Part shown: piece after piece, positions 1-8,317 of the stretch | How the letters are laid out: every line of letters begins with the position of its first letter | Position numbering within the stretch: position 1 is the stretch's first letter | NCBI GenBank assembly: GCA_046483045.1 | Contig: JAWODY010000084.1 | Location: forward strand, 6,806 to 70,805 | From: Anaerolineales bacterium | GTDB taxonomy: Bacteria; Chloroflexota; Anaerolineae; Anaerolineales; UBA11858 | Reading direction: 5' to 3' | DNA: 64,000 nucleotides | The notes under the pieces: model-generated | Databases searched by the model: none | What the model was told of the DNA's origin: nothing | Seen by the model: only the letters and a program-made list of their open reading frames with translations | Program-made: the position numbers and the translations under genes

Positions 1-974
1 ATACCGCTTGCAAAAGTGAATGCCTTTAGTGGGATGACCTCTATGGTACCGATGCCGGTGGCATAGGGGCCCGAATCAACGTACACTCGTTTGCCCACTG
101 AAAATTGGTCTGTATCCTTTGGTACGTCAAAGTTGTCCGGGGAAGGTAAAGAGATGATTGCTTCCGGGTACTTCCCCGTGGTTCGACTATATTCCTGGGA
201 ATTGAGGGAAATTTCTTTCTCCTCGTTGGTTATCAAGAGCCTTGATGCTAAGGTGTTCATGGGCTTTTGACCGAAGCCATCGATGATGATAATGGGGTAC
301 TCCATGCTGCTGGCGGTAGGAATTAACGCGGAGGACATACTGCCCAGGATGAGACCCTTAATGGGAATGGAGGCTGCGGTAGAGAAGAACTCTGGGTCTT
401 TACAGTACCCGCCAATGGCAATCGCTCCCCTGAAACTTATGTCAACTTGCTTTGCCTGAACTTCCCCCTCGAGGTCTTTGCTCAAACGCTGCATGACGCC
501 ATAGGCGATTTTGCCATTTCCCCAAACCCCTTGGATTAAGGCGCCTACGGCTTCAATGATTACGCCTCTCTCCGGGATGATATTGGTCACCGTGCCTTTC
601 ATGCCCGCTAAGAGCTGGTAGGAGGGGGTGTCCTTTTCTAAGAGGACTTTTCCCTCGCCAGCGATTTTGACTTCACAATCCGCCGGAGCTCTGACGACAC
701 GCTGAAATAAGCCCACCGGACCGGCGATCACATCCCCTTTTGAAAGCACATCTCCCGCTTGTCGCTGGAGGAGGTCATTTGCTTTGGACGCAGATACGTT
801 CAACCCTTGGGTGAGATCGATCATGATGTGTTCCGGTTCCAGGTTCGCTTCTGCGACCACATCCGTCGGAACGACTTTCTGCATCCGGCGAGCAACCACT
901 CTTCCTAACTGGGGAAGAATTCGTTCGCGGCGGATGTTTGTTCGCGGCAGGATGTGCTTAGTGGGAGCTAACAT
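1..974 (-). CDS. hypothetical protein, partial (C-terminus lies beyond the left window edge); last visible gene of the 7093->1 operon
   Basis: My own reverse-strand translation from the ATG at 974-972 stays open to position 1 (MLAPTKHILPRTNIRRERILPQLGRVVARR...GDVIAGPVGLF...PIIIIDGFGQKPMN...). It is absent from the ORF track, presumably because it has no stop inside the window. It lies 43 nt downstream of the 1018 stop on the same strand. Confidence 0.6.
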   Translation of the reverse strand, partial: MLAPTKHILPRTNIRRERILPQLGRVVARRMQKVVPTDVVAEANLEPEHIMIDLTQGLNVSASKANDLLQRQAGDVLSKGDVIAGPVGLFQRVVRAPADCEVKIAGEGKVLLEKDTPSYQLLAGMKGTVTNIIPERGVIIEAVGALIQGVWGNGKIAYGVMQRLSKDLEGEVQAKQVDISFRGAIAIGGYCKDPEFFSTAASIPIKGLILGSMSSALIPTASSMEYPIIIIDGFGQKPMNTLASRLLITNEEKEISLNSQEYSRTTGKYPEAIISLPSPDNFDVPKDTDQFSVGKRVYVDSGPYATGIGTIEVIPLKAFTFASG

Positions 975-1017
975 TTCGATACCTTGTCCGTGTTTTCTAA
1001 CCTGATGAGAACATTTC

Positions 1018-2772
1018 TTATGCGTATTTTTCCAAGCTCGTGATCCATTTCTTTGCTCGTTTTCGATTTTTTTCGGGATCAGGGGGGAAGCGAAGGGGGC
1101 GGCCGCGAGCATCGATGATGATTCCCAATGACCCGCCCACAGCGCTGACTTTTCCAGCCTTTCCTGGCCCACCCATGCCGATATCAAAACCATGGAGAGG
1201 ACGAAGGTGGAGGGTGACCTGCTCCCCAATGTTCGTGGGAAGCACGCTTAGCGTCCCATATTTGATGTCCTTTGTAGTCCTTTCCCCATTCTGACGGGTG
1301 ATCTGCATTCGTAAAATGGGGGTTCCGAGCCGTGCATTTCCATAAGGTGCAATAACTGTGCCTAAGTTAAGAAAAGTGCTGGTTTCAATGACTTGCACTG
1401 TGAGTAAGGGATTTATATCACTGATAATTCCCAGGGATGGCAGTAAGCCATTCTGATCCAGCGCGATCGTTGTTACCCCCGCTGGTTGAAGTCCATCTAA
1501 TAAAATCAGTAAGCTTTGAGCCCGATTCGGGGCTTGCGTGATCACGCTCCCGGAGCCGATGATGGGTTCAACTGAAGGTAAGAGAGAGCCCTTTTGGTAT
1601 TCTTTGGGAATCTCGGGGAGGATATCTTTCACTGTTGTGCGGAGGATTTCTCGGGCCACAGCATGCTCAATGGCGAGTTCCTCCTGGGTCGCCGGTAAGC
1701 TGTCCGGGTAAATAGATTTGTTGTTCACGTAATCGCGAACAAATGAACTGGGTATTTTCAAAGGGAGCCAGCGTGTGATGTCCGAAACCTGAACGTGCTC
1801 GAGGATCCTTTGACAGCCTGCTCCTATCCCGAGGTTGGGTAAGACTCGCAGAGTTTCTTTGCCTTCGAATGAGGCTGCGATGGTTGTGTTCCGGGAACCA
1901 ATATCGATGCCCAGGACACCTTTATCTGGTTCATACTTTCTGCTCAAGAAACGGATCATGCGGCTGAAAGCGGTCGCTGTAGCTGTCATTTTTCCATCGG
2001 TCCAGGTAAGGACCTCACTCATCCCACCAATCTGTTTCCGCCTGATCATTTTAAATATTTCTGCCAGCTCTTTTTGAGCTGGATACATTTGTTTTTGGTT
2101 CAGAGAAGGCTGAATGTTGGGAGCGATGTGAAGGTTGCTGATTTTTCCGAGATCATCCTTTACGTCTTCCTGCAGCTCCTCATTTCCCACGTAAAGGATA
2201 TGCGTTTTTAGATCATCTTTTGTCAGGTATCCTGCTAATCCGACTACTTCAATGAGGTTGAGGATAGATTTCGAGGCCCCGCCGTTTGTCCCGCCGCTGA
2301 TGATTATCAGATCGGGACGGGTTTTCAACAAAAGGTTGATCCTATCTTCATCTTGTCTGCGGTCATTGAGAGATATCTCCTCCACGACCTGGGCGTTAAT
2401 CGTGGAAGCTAATTGATTTGCTGCAGAAATAGAAACATCTTGCAGTAGTCCCACAGTGACAACGTGGATGGGTTTACCTGCCGAGATGGTAGCTACCATA
2501 GCGTCAACACCGTTATTGTCCATGGTGCTAGGAATGATCAACCCTTCTGCATCGCTGATCATCATCCTTCCGGTTTTGTCCTGGAGGTCCTCAATCGCGT
2601 GCCAAACACATTCCGCGATATCAAAGAAAGGGGACCCTGCTGTGGAAGGCGCAGATCCCTCGGCGATAAATCTGTATTTGGTGTTGACAATATCAAACAG
2701 CAGCGCCCGTGTCGTTGAGGAACCGATATCAACTGCCAGTATGGAAGAGAGGTTCGTGTTTGTGTTTACCAT
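1018..2772 (-). CDS. MutL/GlmL-like ASKHA (actin-fold) ATPase-family protein, 584 aa
   Basis: ATG start. Two phosphate-binding-type motifs (AVDIGSSTTRA at the N-terminus, GIDIGSRNTT near residue 290) plus IISGGTNGG and IIGSGS Gly-rich motifs, typical of MutL/GlmL/EutA-like ASKHA proteins. The stop is 7 nt after the upstream gene's start region (tight coupling). Confidence 0.8.
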   Translation of the reverse strand: MVNTNTNLSSILAVDIGSSTTRALLFDIVNTKYRFIAEGSAPSTAGSPFFDIAECVWHAIEDLQDKTGRMMISDAEGLIIPSTMDNNGVDAMVATISAGKPIHVVTVGLLQDVSISAANQLASTINAQVVEEISLNDRRQDEDRINLLLKTRPDLIIISGGTNGGASKSILNLIEVVGLAGYLTKDDLKTHILYVGNEELQEDVKDDLGKISNLHIAPNIQPSLNQKQMYPAQKELAEIFKMIRRKQIGGMSEVLTWTDGKMTATATAFSRMIRFLSRKYEPDKGVLGIDIGSRNTTIAASFEGKETLRVLPNLGIGAGCQRILEHVQVSDITRWLPLKIPSSFVRDYVNNKSIYPDSLPATQEELAIEHAVAREILRTTVKDILPEIPKEYQKGSLLPSVEPIIGSGSVITQAPNRAQSLLILLDGLQPAGVTTIALDQNGLLPSLGIISDINPLLTVQVIETSTFLNLGTVIAPYGNARLGTPILRMQITRQNGERTTKDIKYGTLSVLPTNIGEQVTLHLRPLHGFDIGMGGPGKAGKVSAVGGSLGIIIDARGRPLRFPPDPEKNRKRAKKWITSLEKYA

Positions 2773-2779
2773 GATGGTC

Positions 2780-3469
2780 TCAAGGAAGGATTTTAATCTG
2801 CATTTGGTTTAGGTAATCCCAAAGGAAGGACAAACGTTCAACAAGCGCAGAAAGCGCTGATATGTAAACGCCGGCAAATAAGACGCCGAGGGTGACGGCG
2901 ATGAAAAAGTGGCCGATTTTTCCCAGGATTTGAATCAGCGGTCGCCGTCGATCCGTTTGCCCCGGCATGTGTCCCGTGCCAAAGTGAAAATAAATTAAAG
3001 TCGTCATGGTTCCCAAAACGGTCATAAGTCCGTTCAATATCGAGAATAACGTGCTTGTTTTTGTAGGGGTTTCAAAGCTATTTATCGTGCCCAGTAACTG
3101 TGGGAAAAGGGTACCTGTGATTGCGCCGCCGATCGCGGAGGCGGCTCCAATCCCGACAAGGATGGCAACCGACCAATTTCCAGCTTTTCGGAGGGGGGTT
3201 ATCTTCATGAAAAGGAATAAGCTGGGGATGAACAACATCAAAGACAACAAACGTTCTCCTCTGGTCCCTGTGAAAAGGGGCAGAAACAAACGCGGAACAA
3301 GCACGTTGTTGATGGTAATGATCACTACGTACCCAGCGGTCACGCCGATGAAGATGTGCGAGGCAAGACGGAAAAGTGGATTATCACCCAGAATATAACT
3401 GAAAACAAGCAGCGTAAACAGAAATCCCAGGGAGAGTCCGATGAAATCGCTGAGGTTTGTTGGAGACAT
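2780..3469 (-). CDS. polytopic integral membrane protein, unknown function, 229 aa
   Basis: ATG at 3469, 1 nt after the stop of the upstream gene (3471). The translation is dominated by hydrophobic helices (FLFTLLVFSYILG, IFIGVTAGYVVIITI, AILVGIGAASAIGGAITG, etc.). Confidence 0.75.
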   Translation of the reverse strand: MSPTNLSDFIGLSLGFLFTLLVFSYILGDNPLFRLASHIFIGVTAGYVVIITINNVLVPRLFLPLFTGTRGERLLSLMLFIPSLFLFMKITPLRKAGNWSVAILVGIGAASAIGGAITGTLFPQLLGTINSFETPTKTSTLFSILNGLMTVLGTMTTLIYFHFGTGHMPGQTDRRRPLIQILGKIGHFFIAVTLGVLFAGVYISALSALVERLSFLWDYLNQMQIKILP

Positions 3470-3470
3470 G

Positions 3471-5396
3471 TCAGGAAACTCCCCTCTTTTCTTTGTTTTT
3501 TCGCTGCTTGATGAGGTTCAAGATCCCATTTGCAAGCCCTCCAATGAAGACGGTGAGTATGGTGACGATGATCCCTACATTGAGAGGGAACAAGAACACC
3601 GAGGACAGGTTTGGGCTTCCGGTTAACTCTTCGTAAGCCCTCCCCCCCGGCAGTCCGGCCGCCAAACCAGAGATCTGTTGTGGGCTGTTTTGAAAATAGG
3701 GTCTTACCAAAGGTTCTGCTTGCGCGCTGACAATCATAGCCACTTTGTACCTGGAGATGTAGGGGTTGACTTGTTCGATCCACATGCGTGCCGTGGTCGG
3801 GTCGTCAGTGATAATCAGGAATAGGTCGAAATCTGACAAGGTTTGAATCTCTTTTAAGGGTGGAGAGTCCCAGGCGTTAGCACCATTGAATGCGATAGGG
3901 ACGATCTCGCGGGGGGCGATAGAGAAACTGAGGACCCCGGCAGCTTGTCCAGGAATGTAGCCAAGGTTTATATAGTCTCTCCCGTGCTGGTATTCGAACT
4001 CGGATTGTGTGTTGGATATGAAATGTTCAGCCAGTGAAGGTCCTGTGGCTTGGGTGGAAATAAAAGCCAGGTATGATTCCTGGCGCAGTAGGTGATCGAC
4101 CACCCCTGATGCTGTGGCGTTCAATTCCCCCGCTAGGGCGGGTTGGTAGTCAAAAGCGATCAGCGCCGTGTCGCGAGCTTCCATCTCGTCGATCATCTCA
4201 TACAAAGCAGCAGGTCCCTGTTCATCTTTCAGGTGACCGCCTGTGGATGGGGGGGGCACTGCTCCCCCTCCCGTAATCACACTGGCACCGACAGATATAA
4301 TGAGCACGATGGCGATCAACCAGCGTAGGACTCTTTGGGTGGCTACTGGTTTTACTTCACCTTTCGGTTTGGCTTTGCCCTCTCGAGAGATAACGTTCTC
4401 CAAGAGGGAAGCATATTCTTTTTGCGTTTTGGATACTTGTAATTCGAAGGAAAGTTTGGAACCCTCTTCCACACTCGTCTGGTCGATATCCGCCTCGGCA
4501 GGGAGGACGCTGGGAATCCCAGCCAAAGGCCCGTAGTTTTCGATGTACTCCTCGTCTTCTGCTAGCCCTGAGGTGTCTGAAGATTCAACCACGGGACGCA
4601 TGGCTTCCACCCACCCAGGTAATTCTCCGGGGGAAATATCATCTCCCGTTTCAGCTTCCTCTTTTTCCATGTCGACAGAGGTAAGCCAACTGGGCAGTTC
4701 CTCGTCAAACAAATCATCGATGACTTCATCATCTTCATCGAGCTCAAAGGGTTGGATGGGCCCTTCGCCTGCAGGTGAAGGTTCTTCATCCTCTTCCAGC
4801 CATGAGGGAAAATGTCCTTCCTTTTCCTGGGCCGGTTCGGGTGGAGCGGTTTCTTCCTCATCCTTTTCAGATAAAATCGGTTCTGCTTCTCCCGCTTCTT
4901 CCTCTTCAGATTGAAGCCAATCCGGAAGTTCCTGCTTCTCTTCAGAGGGTGTCTTTTCAACTTTCCCTTCCCCTTCGACTTCTGACATCCAGGTGGGAAA
5001 AGTTTCTCCTTCCGGGGGTTGCTGACCTTTTTCCTCCTCCACATCCAGCGCGCGAATGCGCTTTAACCAGTCGGTGTCCTCTTTTTCCTCCTCTTCTTCG
5101 GAGGGTGTTTGTAAATCGCTGGGCTCTTCCCCTTCTTCTGCTGCATGCAGGATGTCTAACCATCCCGCTTCTTCCTCATCCTCTCCGTCCGGGATATCTT
5201 CCTGTGCCTCTCCAGGTGTGGTGTCTTGGGTATTGGAGGGAAGGTCCGAGGGGGAGTCTGTGGTGTCTGGGGATGTAGAGGGTGTTTCCTGGTTTATAGA
5301 AGGGGATTGTGAAGGCAGGGGGAAACCACAGGAATCACAAACTTCTTTTCCTTCAGGATTTATTTTTCCGCAGTTTGGACATTGTATTTTAGCCAT
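3471..5396 (-). CDS. zinc-ribbon protein with a long acidic disordered region, TM helix, about 250-aa extracytoplasmic domain and C-terminal TM helix, 641 aa
   Basis: The track ORF 3471..5726 overlaps the upstream gene. The internal ATG at 5396 gives MAKIQCPNCGKINPEGKEVCDSCGF (a CxxC...CxxC zinc ribbon) and sits 5 nt after the 5402 stop. A Glu/Asp-rich region is followed by RWLIAIVLIISVGASVI (TM) and a terminal IIVTILTVFIGGLANGIL (TM). Confidence 0.8.
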   Translation of the reverse strand: MAKIQCPNCGKINPEGKEVCDSCGFPLPSQSPSINQETPSTSPDTTDSPSDLPSNTQDTTPGEAQEDIPDGEDEEEAGWLDILHAAEEGEEPSDLQTPSEEEEEKEDTDWLKRIRALDVEEEKGQQPPEGETFPTWMSEVEGEGKVEKTPSEEKQELPDWLQSEEEEAGEAEPILSEKDEEETAPPEPAQEKEGHFPSWLEEDEEPSPAGEGPIQPFELDEDDEVIDDLFDEELPSWLTSVDMEKEEAETGDDISPGELPGWVEAMRPVVESSDTSGLAEDEEYIENYGPLAGIPSVLPAEADIDQTSVEEGSKLSFELQVSKTQKEYASLLENVISREGKAKPKGEVKPVATQRVLRWLIAIVLIISVGASVITGGGAVPPPSTGGHLKDEQGPAALYEMIDEMEARDTALIAFDYQPALAGELNATASGVVDHLLRQESYLAFISTQATGPSLAEHFISNTQSEFEYQHGRDYINLGYIPGQAAGVLSFSIAPREIVPIAFNGANAWDSPPLKEIQTLSDFDLFLIITDDPTTARMWIEQVNPYISRYKVAMIVSAQAEPLVRPYFQNSPQQISGLAAGLPGGRAYEELTGSPNLSSVFLFPLNVGIIVTILTVFIGGLANGILNLIKQRKNKEKRGVS

Positions 5397-5401
5397 GTTT
5401 A

Positions 5402-6046
5402 TTAACCCCCATAGGGACGATCCGTTCCAATTAGAATACGCAAACCTGTGGCGATGGTCCCCAGAGCGATTCCCAGCAGCAGTCCGCGAGCCCCGCCTAA
5501 GGCAGGTACTTGGACGATCCACTGACGGATCTGGGTCAGAAAGGGGACTTCCGGAGTGAAAATAGACAGTGTACCGATCAATACCATGAGGACGATGAAG
5601 AAGAAAATAACAGCGTAAGTGTGCATGTTTCTGCGCAAGAAGCGCGTGGCTGCGTATGTGAGACTGATGGCCATGACAGCCATTAAGCTGGTCTCTAAAG
5701 GAAATTGAATGTACGTGAAAAGCCAACTAATGGTCTGGAAATTGGGTTGTCCGAACATATAGCTTTGGAACATGTCAAAAAAACCGATCAGGAGGGTGGC
5801 TATCAACGCGAAGACTAATATCAAGCTGTAACCGCTGTTATCGTCATTTTGAGCCATTTTGCGGAAGTGCACCGCAAAGAGGTTCAAAATTCCCACGATT
5901 AAAGCCACAGCAGCTAAGACCAATCCAGCACGGAGGAAAAGAAAACGCAGGCTGATTAAACCGGGGATAAAGTAACCGGCCAAGACGATGACCCCAACCC
6001 CAATAGCAACCGCTGTAGCAAAGGGAGTTTTGAATTTTATATTCAC
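5402..6046 (-). CDS. polytopic integral membrane protein, unknown function, 214 aa
   Basis: GTG start at 6046 overlaps the stop of the upstream gene (a GTGA 4-nt overlap at 6043-6046). The translation is strongly hydrophobic with about 6 predicted helices. Confidence 0.75.
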   Translation of the reverse strand: MNIKFKTPFATAVAIGVGVIVLAGYFIPGLISLRFLFLRAGLVLAAVALIVGILNLFAVHFRKMAQNDDNSGYSLILVFALIATLLIGFFDMFQSYMFGQPNFQTISWLFTYIQFPLETSLMAVMAISLTYAATRFLRRNMHTYAVIFFFIVLMVLIGTLSIFTPEVPFLTQIRQWIVQVPALGGARGLLLGIALGTIATGLRILIGTDRPYGG

Positions 6047-6879
6047 GAAACCCCCATTAAAATGGATTGAAAGATATCATGCATACCTAAATATTTCAGG
6101 ACGATGCCTAAAATCATCAATACGACCAGAATCCATCGGAAAATATCCTGGGTCTTTACGCTTGAAACATGCATCGGTTTCTTTCCCAGATATGCCCCGG
6201 CGGTGAATATTTCCTCTCCAATTAAGGGTTCACTGGCGGAGGCATACATGATGGCTTGGGCGGGGAGCTGGGCAGCCCCAGCTATAGTGGGGCTGTTCTG
6301 TCGTTCTCCCGCCGTGGTTAACCATGTGATTTCATTTCCATACCAGCCGGCGAGGATATTTGCTGAAACTCGATTTTCACGAATGGTCGTCAGTGTCCCC
6401 ACAGCATATGAAAAAGGCGTCAACCCTACTAATTCCCCAACGGAAGACCGTTCATGCCCTTCCGTGCTGATCGCCTTCGAGGTGCCCTGGATGATGTCCT
6501 GGGCAAGGAAGGAAATGGTTGCGTTCCCAGTCGTCGCTACAGGAGGGTAGTCACATACGGAGGAGGCTTTTATGATCTCCTGTAAAATACTTAATCCCGC
6601 TAACGCGGAAGCGGATTGAAGGCTTGTGAACCCGCCGCGGCCCAGAGAAACGTGGAGCTGGGACCCTTCCTCCACGGTTAAACCAATAACCTCATTAATC
6701 CTGCGGAAAGCCGGGATCTGACGTAGGTTATTATCTTTCTCTTGATCCCGTGTCAGGGTGAAAAAAAACATGGATCCTAAAAAGAGAAAAACGATCACGA
6801 TTCCTGTAAAGCCTGTTACCGTCACCGTGATAAACCTCCAAAGGTTATTCTGATTGGTAGGCGCGCAGGGCTTGAACAA
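6043..6879 (-). CDS. membrane protein with TM helices at both termini and a central soluble domain, unknown function, up to 278 aa
   Basis: This is the ORF-track frame. The TTG at 6879 overlaps the upstream 82-aa gene by 35 nt. A GTG at 6825 preceded by GGAGG (9-nt spacer) is a more likely start, giving 261 aa. N-terminal TM GFTGIVIVFLFLGSMFFF, C-terminal TM IFRWILVVLMILGIVL. Confidence 0.7.
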   Translation of the reverse strand: MFKPCAPTNQNNLWRFITVTVTGFTGIVIVFLFLGSMFFFTLTRDQEKDNNLRQIPAFRRINEVIGLTVEEGSQLHVSLGRGGFTSLQSASALAGLSILQEIIKASSVCDYPPVATTGNATISFLAQDIIQGTSKAISTEGHERSSVGELVGLTPFSYAVGTLTTIRENRVSANILAGWYGNEITWLTTAGERQNSPTIAGAAQLPAQAIMYASASEPLIGEEIFTAGAYLGKKPMHVSSVKTQDIFRWILVVLMILGIVLKYLGMHDIFQSILMGVS

Positions 6880-7093
6880 AGCCCCGTGTTTCTTCTGGAT
6901 CCTCTAAAATACTAGCGAGGTCAGAAGCTGTTTGGCCTGGGATGAAGGTGCTTAAAATGGGCTCGCTCAAGTACATAACCTGGGCTCCTACCAGGCTGAG
7001 TGGGCCCAGCGCTTCAAGCAATGCAGCTGTGACATGATGCAACCCCCATTTGTGGAGGTTGCCGCTTAGTTTGTCCCAATTTTCCTTTCCCAT
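6845..7093 (-). CDS. small hypothetical protein, 82 aa, first gene of the operon
   Basis: ATG at 7093. It is followed on the same strand by six tightly packed genes, and a 169-nt AT-rich gap lies upstream (7094-7262). There is no recognisable motif. Confidence 0.55.
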   Translation of the reverse strand: MGKENWDKLSGNLHKWGLHHVTAALLEALGPLSLVGAQVMYLSEPILSTFIPGQTASDLASILEDPEETRGFVQALRAYQSE

Positions 7094-7262
7094 AGCTAAA
7101 AATTAGTATAGCATAGTTTCCCGGAATAAGAACCGCCTAAAAAGGATGCAAATATGCTTTCTGGTACAGCAGGGATGTTATTTCTGGGCCTTAGAATCCT
7201 TATCAGGAAAAGTTAAGATATTATATATATAAGTCTATACAACTGCCCACTCTTTATGGGAG

Positions 7263-8149
7263 ATGATTGTGCAACCTGATCTGACCCAGCAATTATTTGA
7301 ATTGCTGCGTTTGACATCGACGGATTTGTCCCGAGATGTGAAAGAGAGTTTACAAAAGGCCAGAATATGGGAAGAAGATGGTTCCGCCGCTGAGGGCGCT
7401 TTGGATACGATTTTGGACAACGTTGACATGGCTCGAAAGAAATCCACCCCCATATGCCAGGACACCGGCAAGCCTATTAATTACGTAGATCATGCACAGG
7501 GTTGGAGTACTTGTACCCCTGATTCCCAGATCACCAAGGGGGTGGCCAAAGCGACCCGAAAAACGTACCTCCGGCCTAATTCCGTCAACGCGGTCACGGG
7601 GGTGAACATTGGGGATGATACAGGTGGGGATCATTATCCCTCCTTCCATTTTTCAGGAGGTAGGCGGAGAGACCCTTACTGTGGACCTATTGTTGAAGGG
7701 GGGATGGTGTAAAAACGTGGGCGCCCAGTACAAACTGCCCGATACTGCATTAAAGGCGGGTCGGGATTTGGACGGTTTCTGGAAGGAGGCTTTGGAAAGC
7801 GTTTATCATACTTAGGGAAATAGGTTGTGCTCCCGGCTTCTTAGGAATTGGGATTGGCGGAAATCGGGGTTTTTCTTTTCTGGATTCAAAAGACGCCTTA
7901 TTCCGGGATATCAATGATGTGCATGAGGACCCCGCTTTGGCGGCGTTAGAAAAGCAGATTGCCGACCAGGTGAGTGAACTTGAGATAGGCCCTATGGGAT
8001 ATTTTGGGAAGATAACAGTCCTGGGGACGAAAATAATAGGCCTTCATCGTTTGTCGGCCAGTTACTTTGTTTCTATCTCTTATATGTGTTTGGCCTATCG
8101 TCGGCGGGGAATGATTTATAAGGAAAAGAAACCCGTAATCTATAACTAA
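7263..8149 (+). pseudogene. fumarate hydratase class I / tartrate dehydratase alpha-subunit (N-terminal Fumerase domain) gene, disrupted by at least two frameshifts
   Basis: Three consecutive ORFs in three different frames (7263..7712, 7609..7815, 7919..8149) together reconstruct the family: STPICQDTGKP, LRPNSVNAVTGVNIGDDTGG, ETLTVDLLLKGG..., GCAPGFLGIGIGGNRG (read by me in the third frame upstream of 7919), ELEIGPMGYFGK. The shifts lie near 7625-7635 and 7805-7820. The normally invariant KGGGSEN reads KGGWCKN. No beta-subunit gene follows. Confidence 0.6.
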
Positions 8150-8169
8150 AGGTAAAGGGAGAGGTGGGG

Positions 8170-8210
8170 CCGCAGTGGTGAGATTTTCCTCATCATTGCG
8201 GTTTTATTTT
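8170..8210 (+). terminator. Rho-independent terminator downstream of the fumarase remnant
   Basis: CCGCAGTGGTGAG-attttc-CTCATCATTGCGG forms a 13-bp stem (two G-U pairs) followed by TTTTATTTT. Confidence 0.7.
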
Positions 8211-8317
8211 GGGGCCATCTCCTATGATACAGACCCCAGTTTTCCCCGTATCGACGGGTGAGCATCGGGGTTAAATAAAAATGAGACAGTTCGCAAATGA
8301 AGGAAAAAGGATTTATC

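Noticed and set aside
784-1005. 73-aa plus-strand ORF
   Set aside because: It lies antisense to the 5' end of the partial minus-strand gene (1..974) and has Arg/Cys-rich composition.
5397-5726. N-terminal 110-codon extension of the track ORF 3471..5726
   Set aside because: It overlaps the 3' end of the hydrophobic 5402..6046 gene in another frame and has His/Arg-rich nonsense-like composition. The internal ATG at 5396 starts exactly at the zinc ribbon, 5 nt after the upstream stop.
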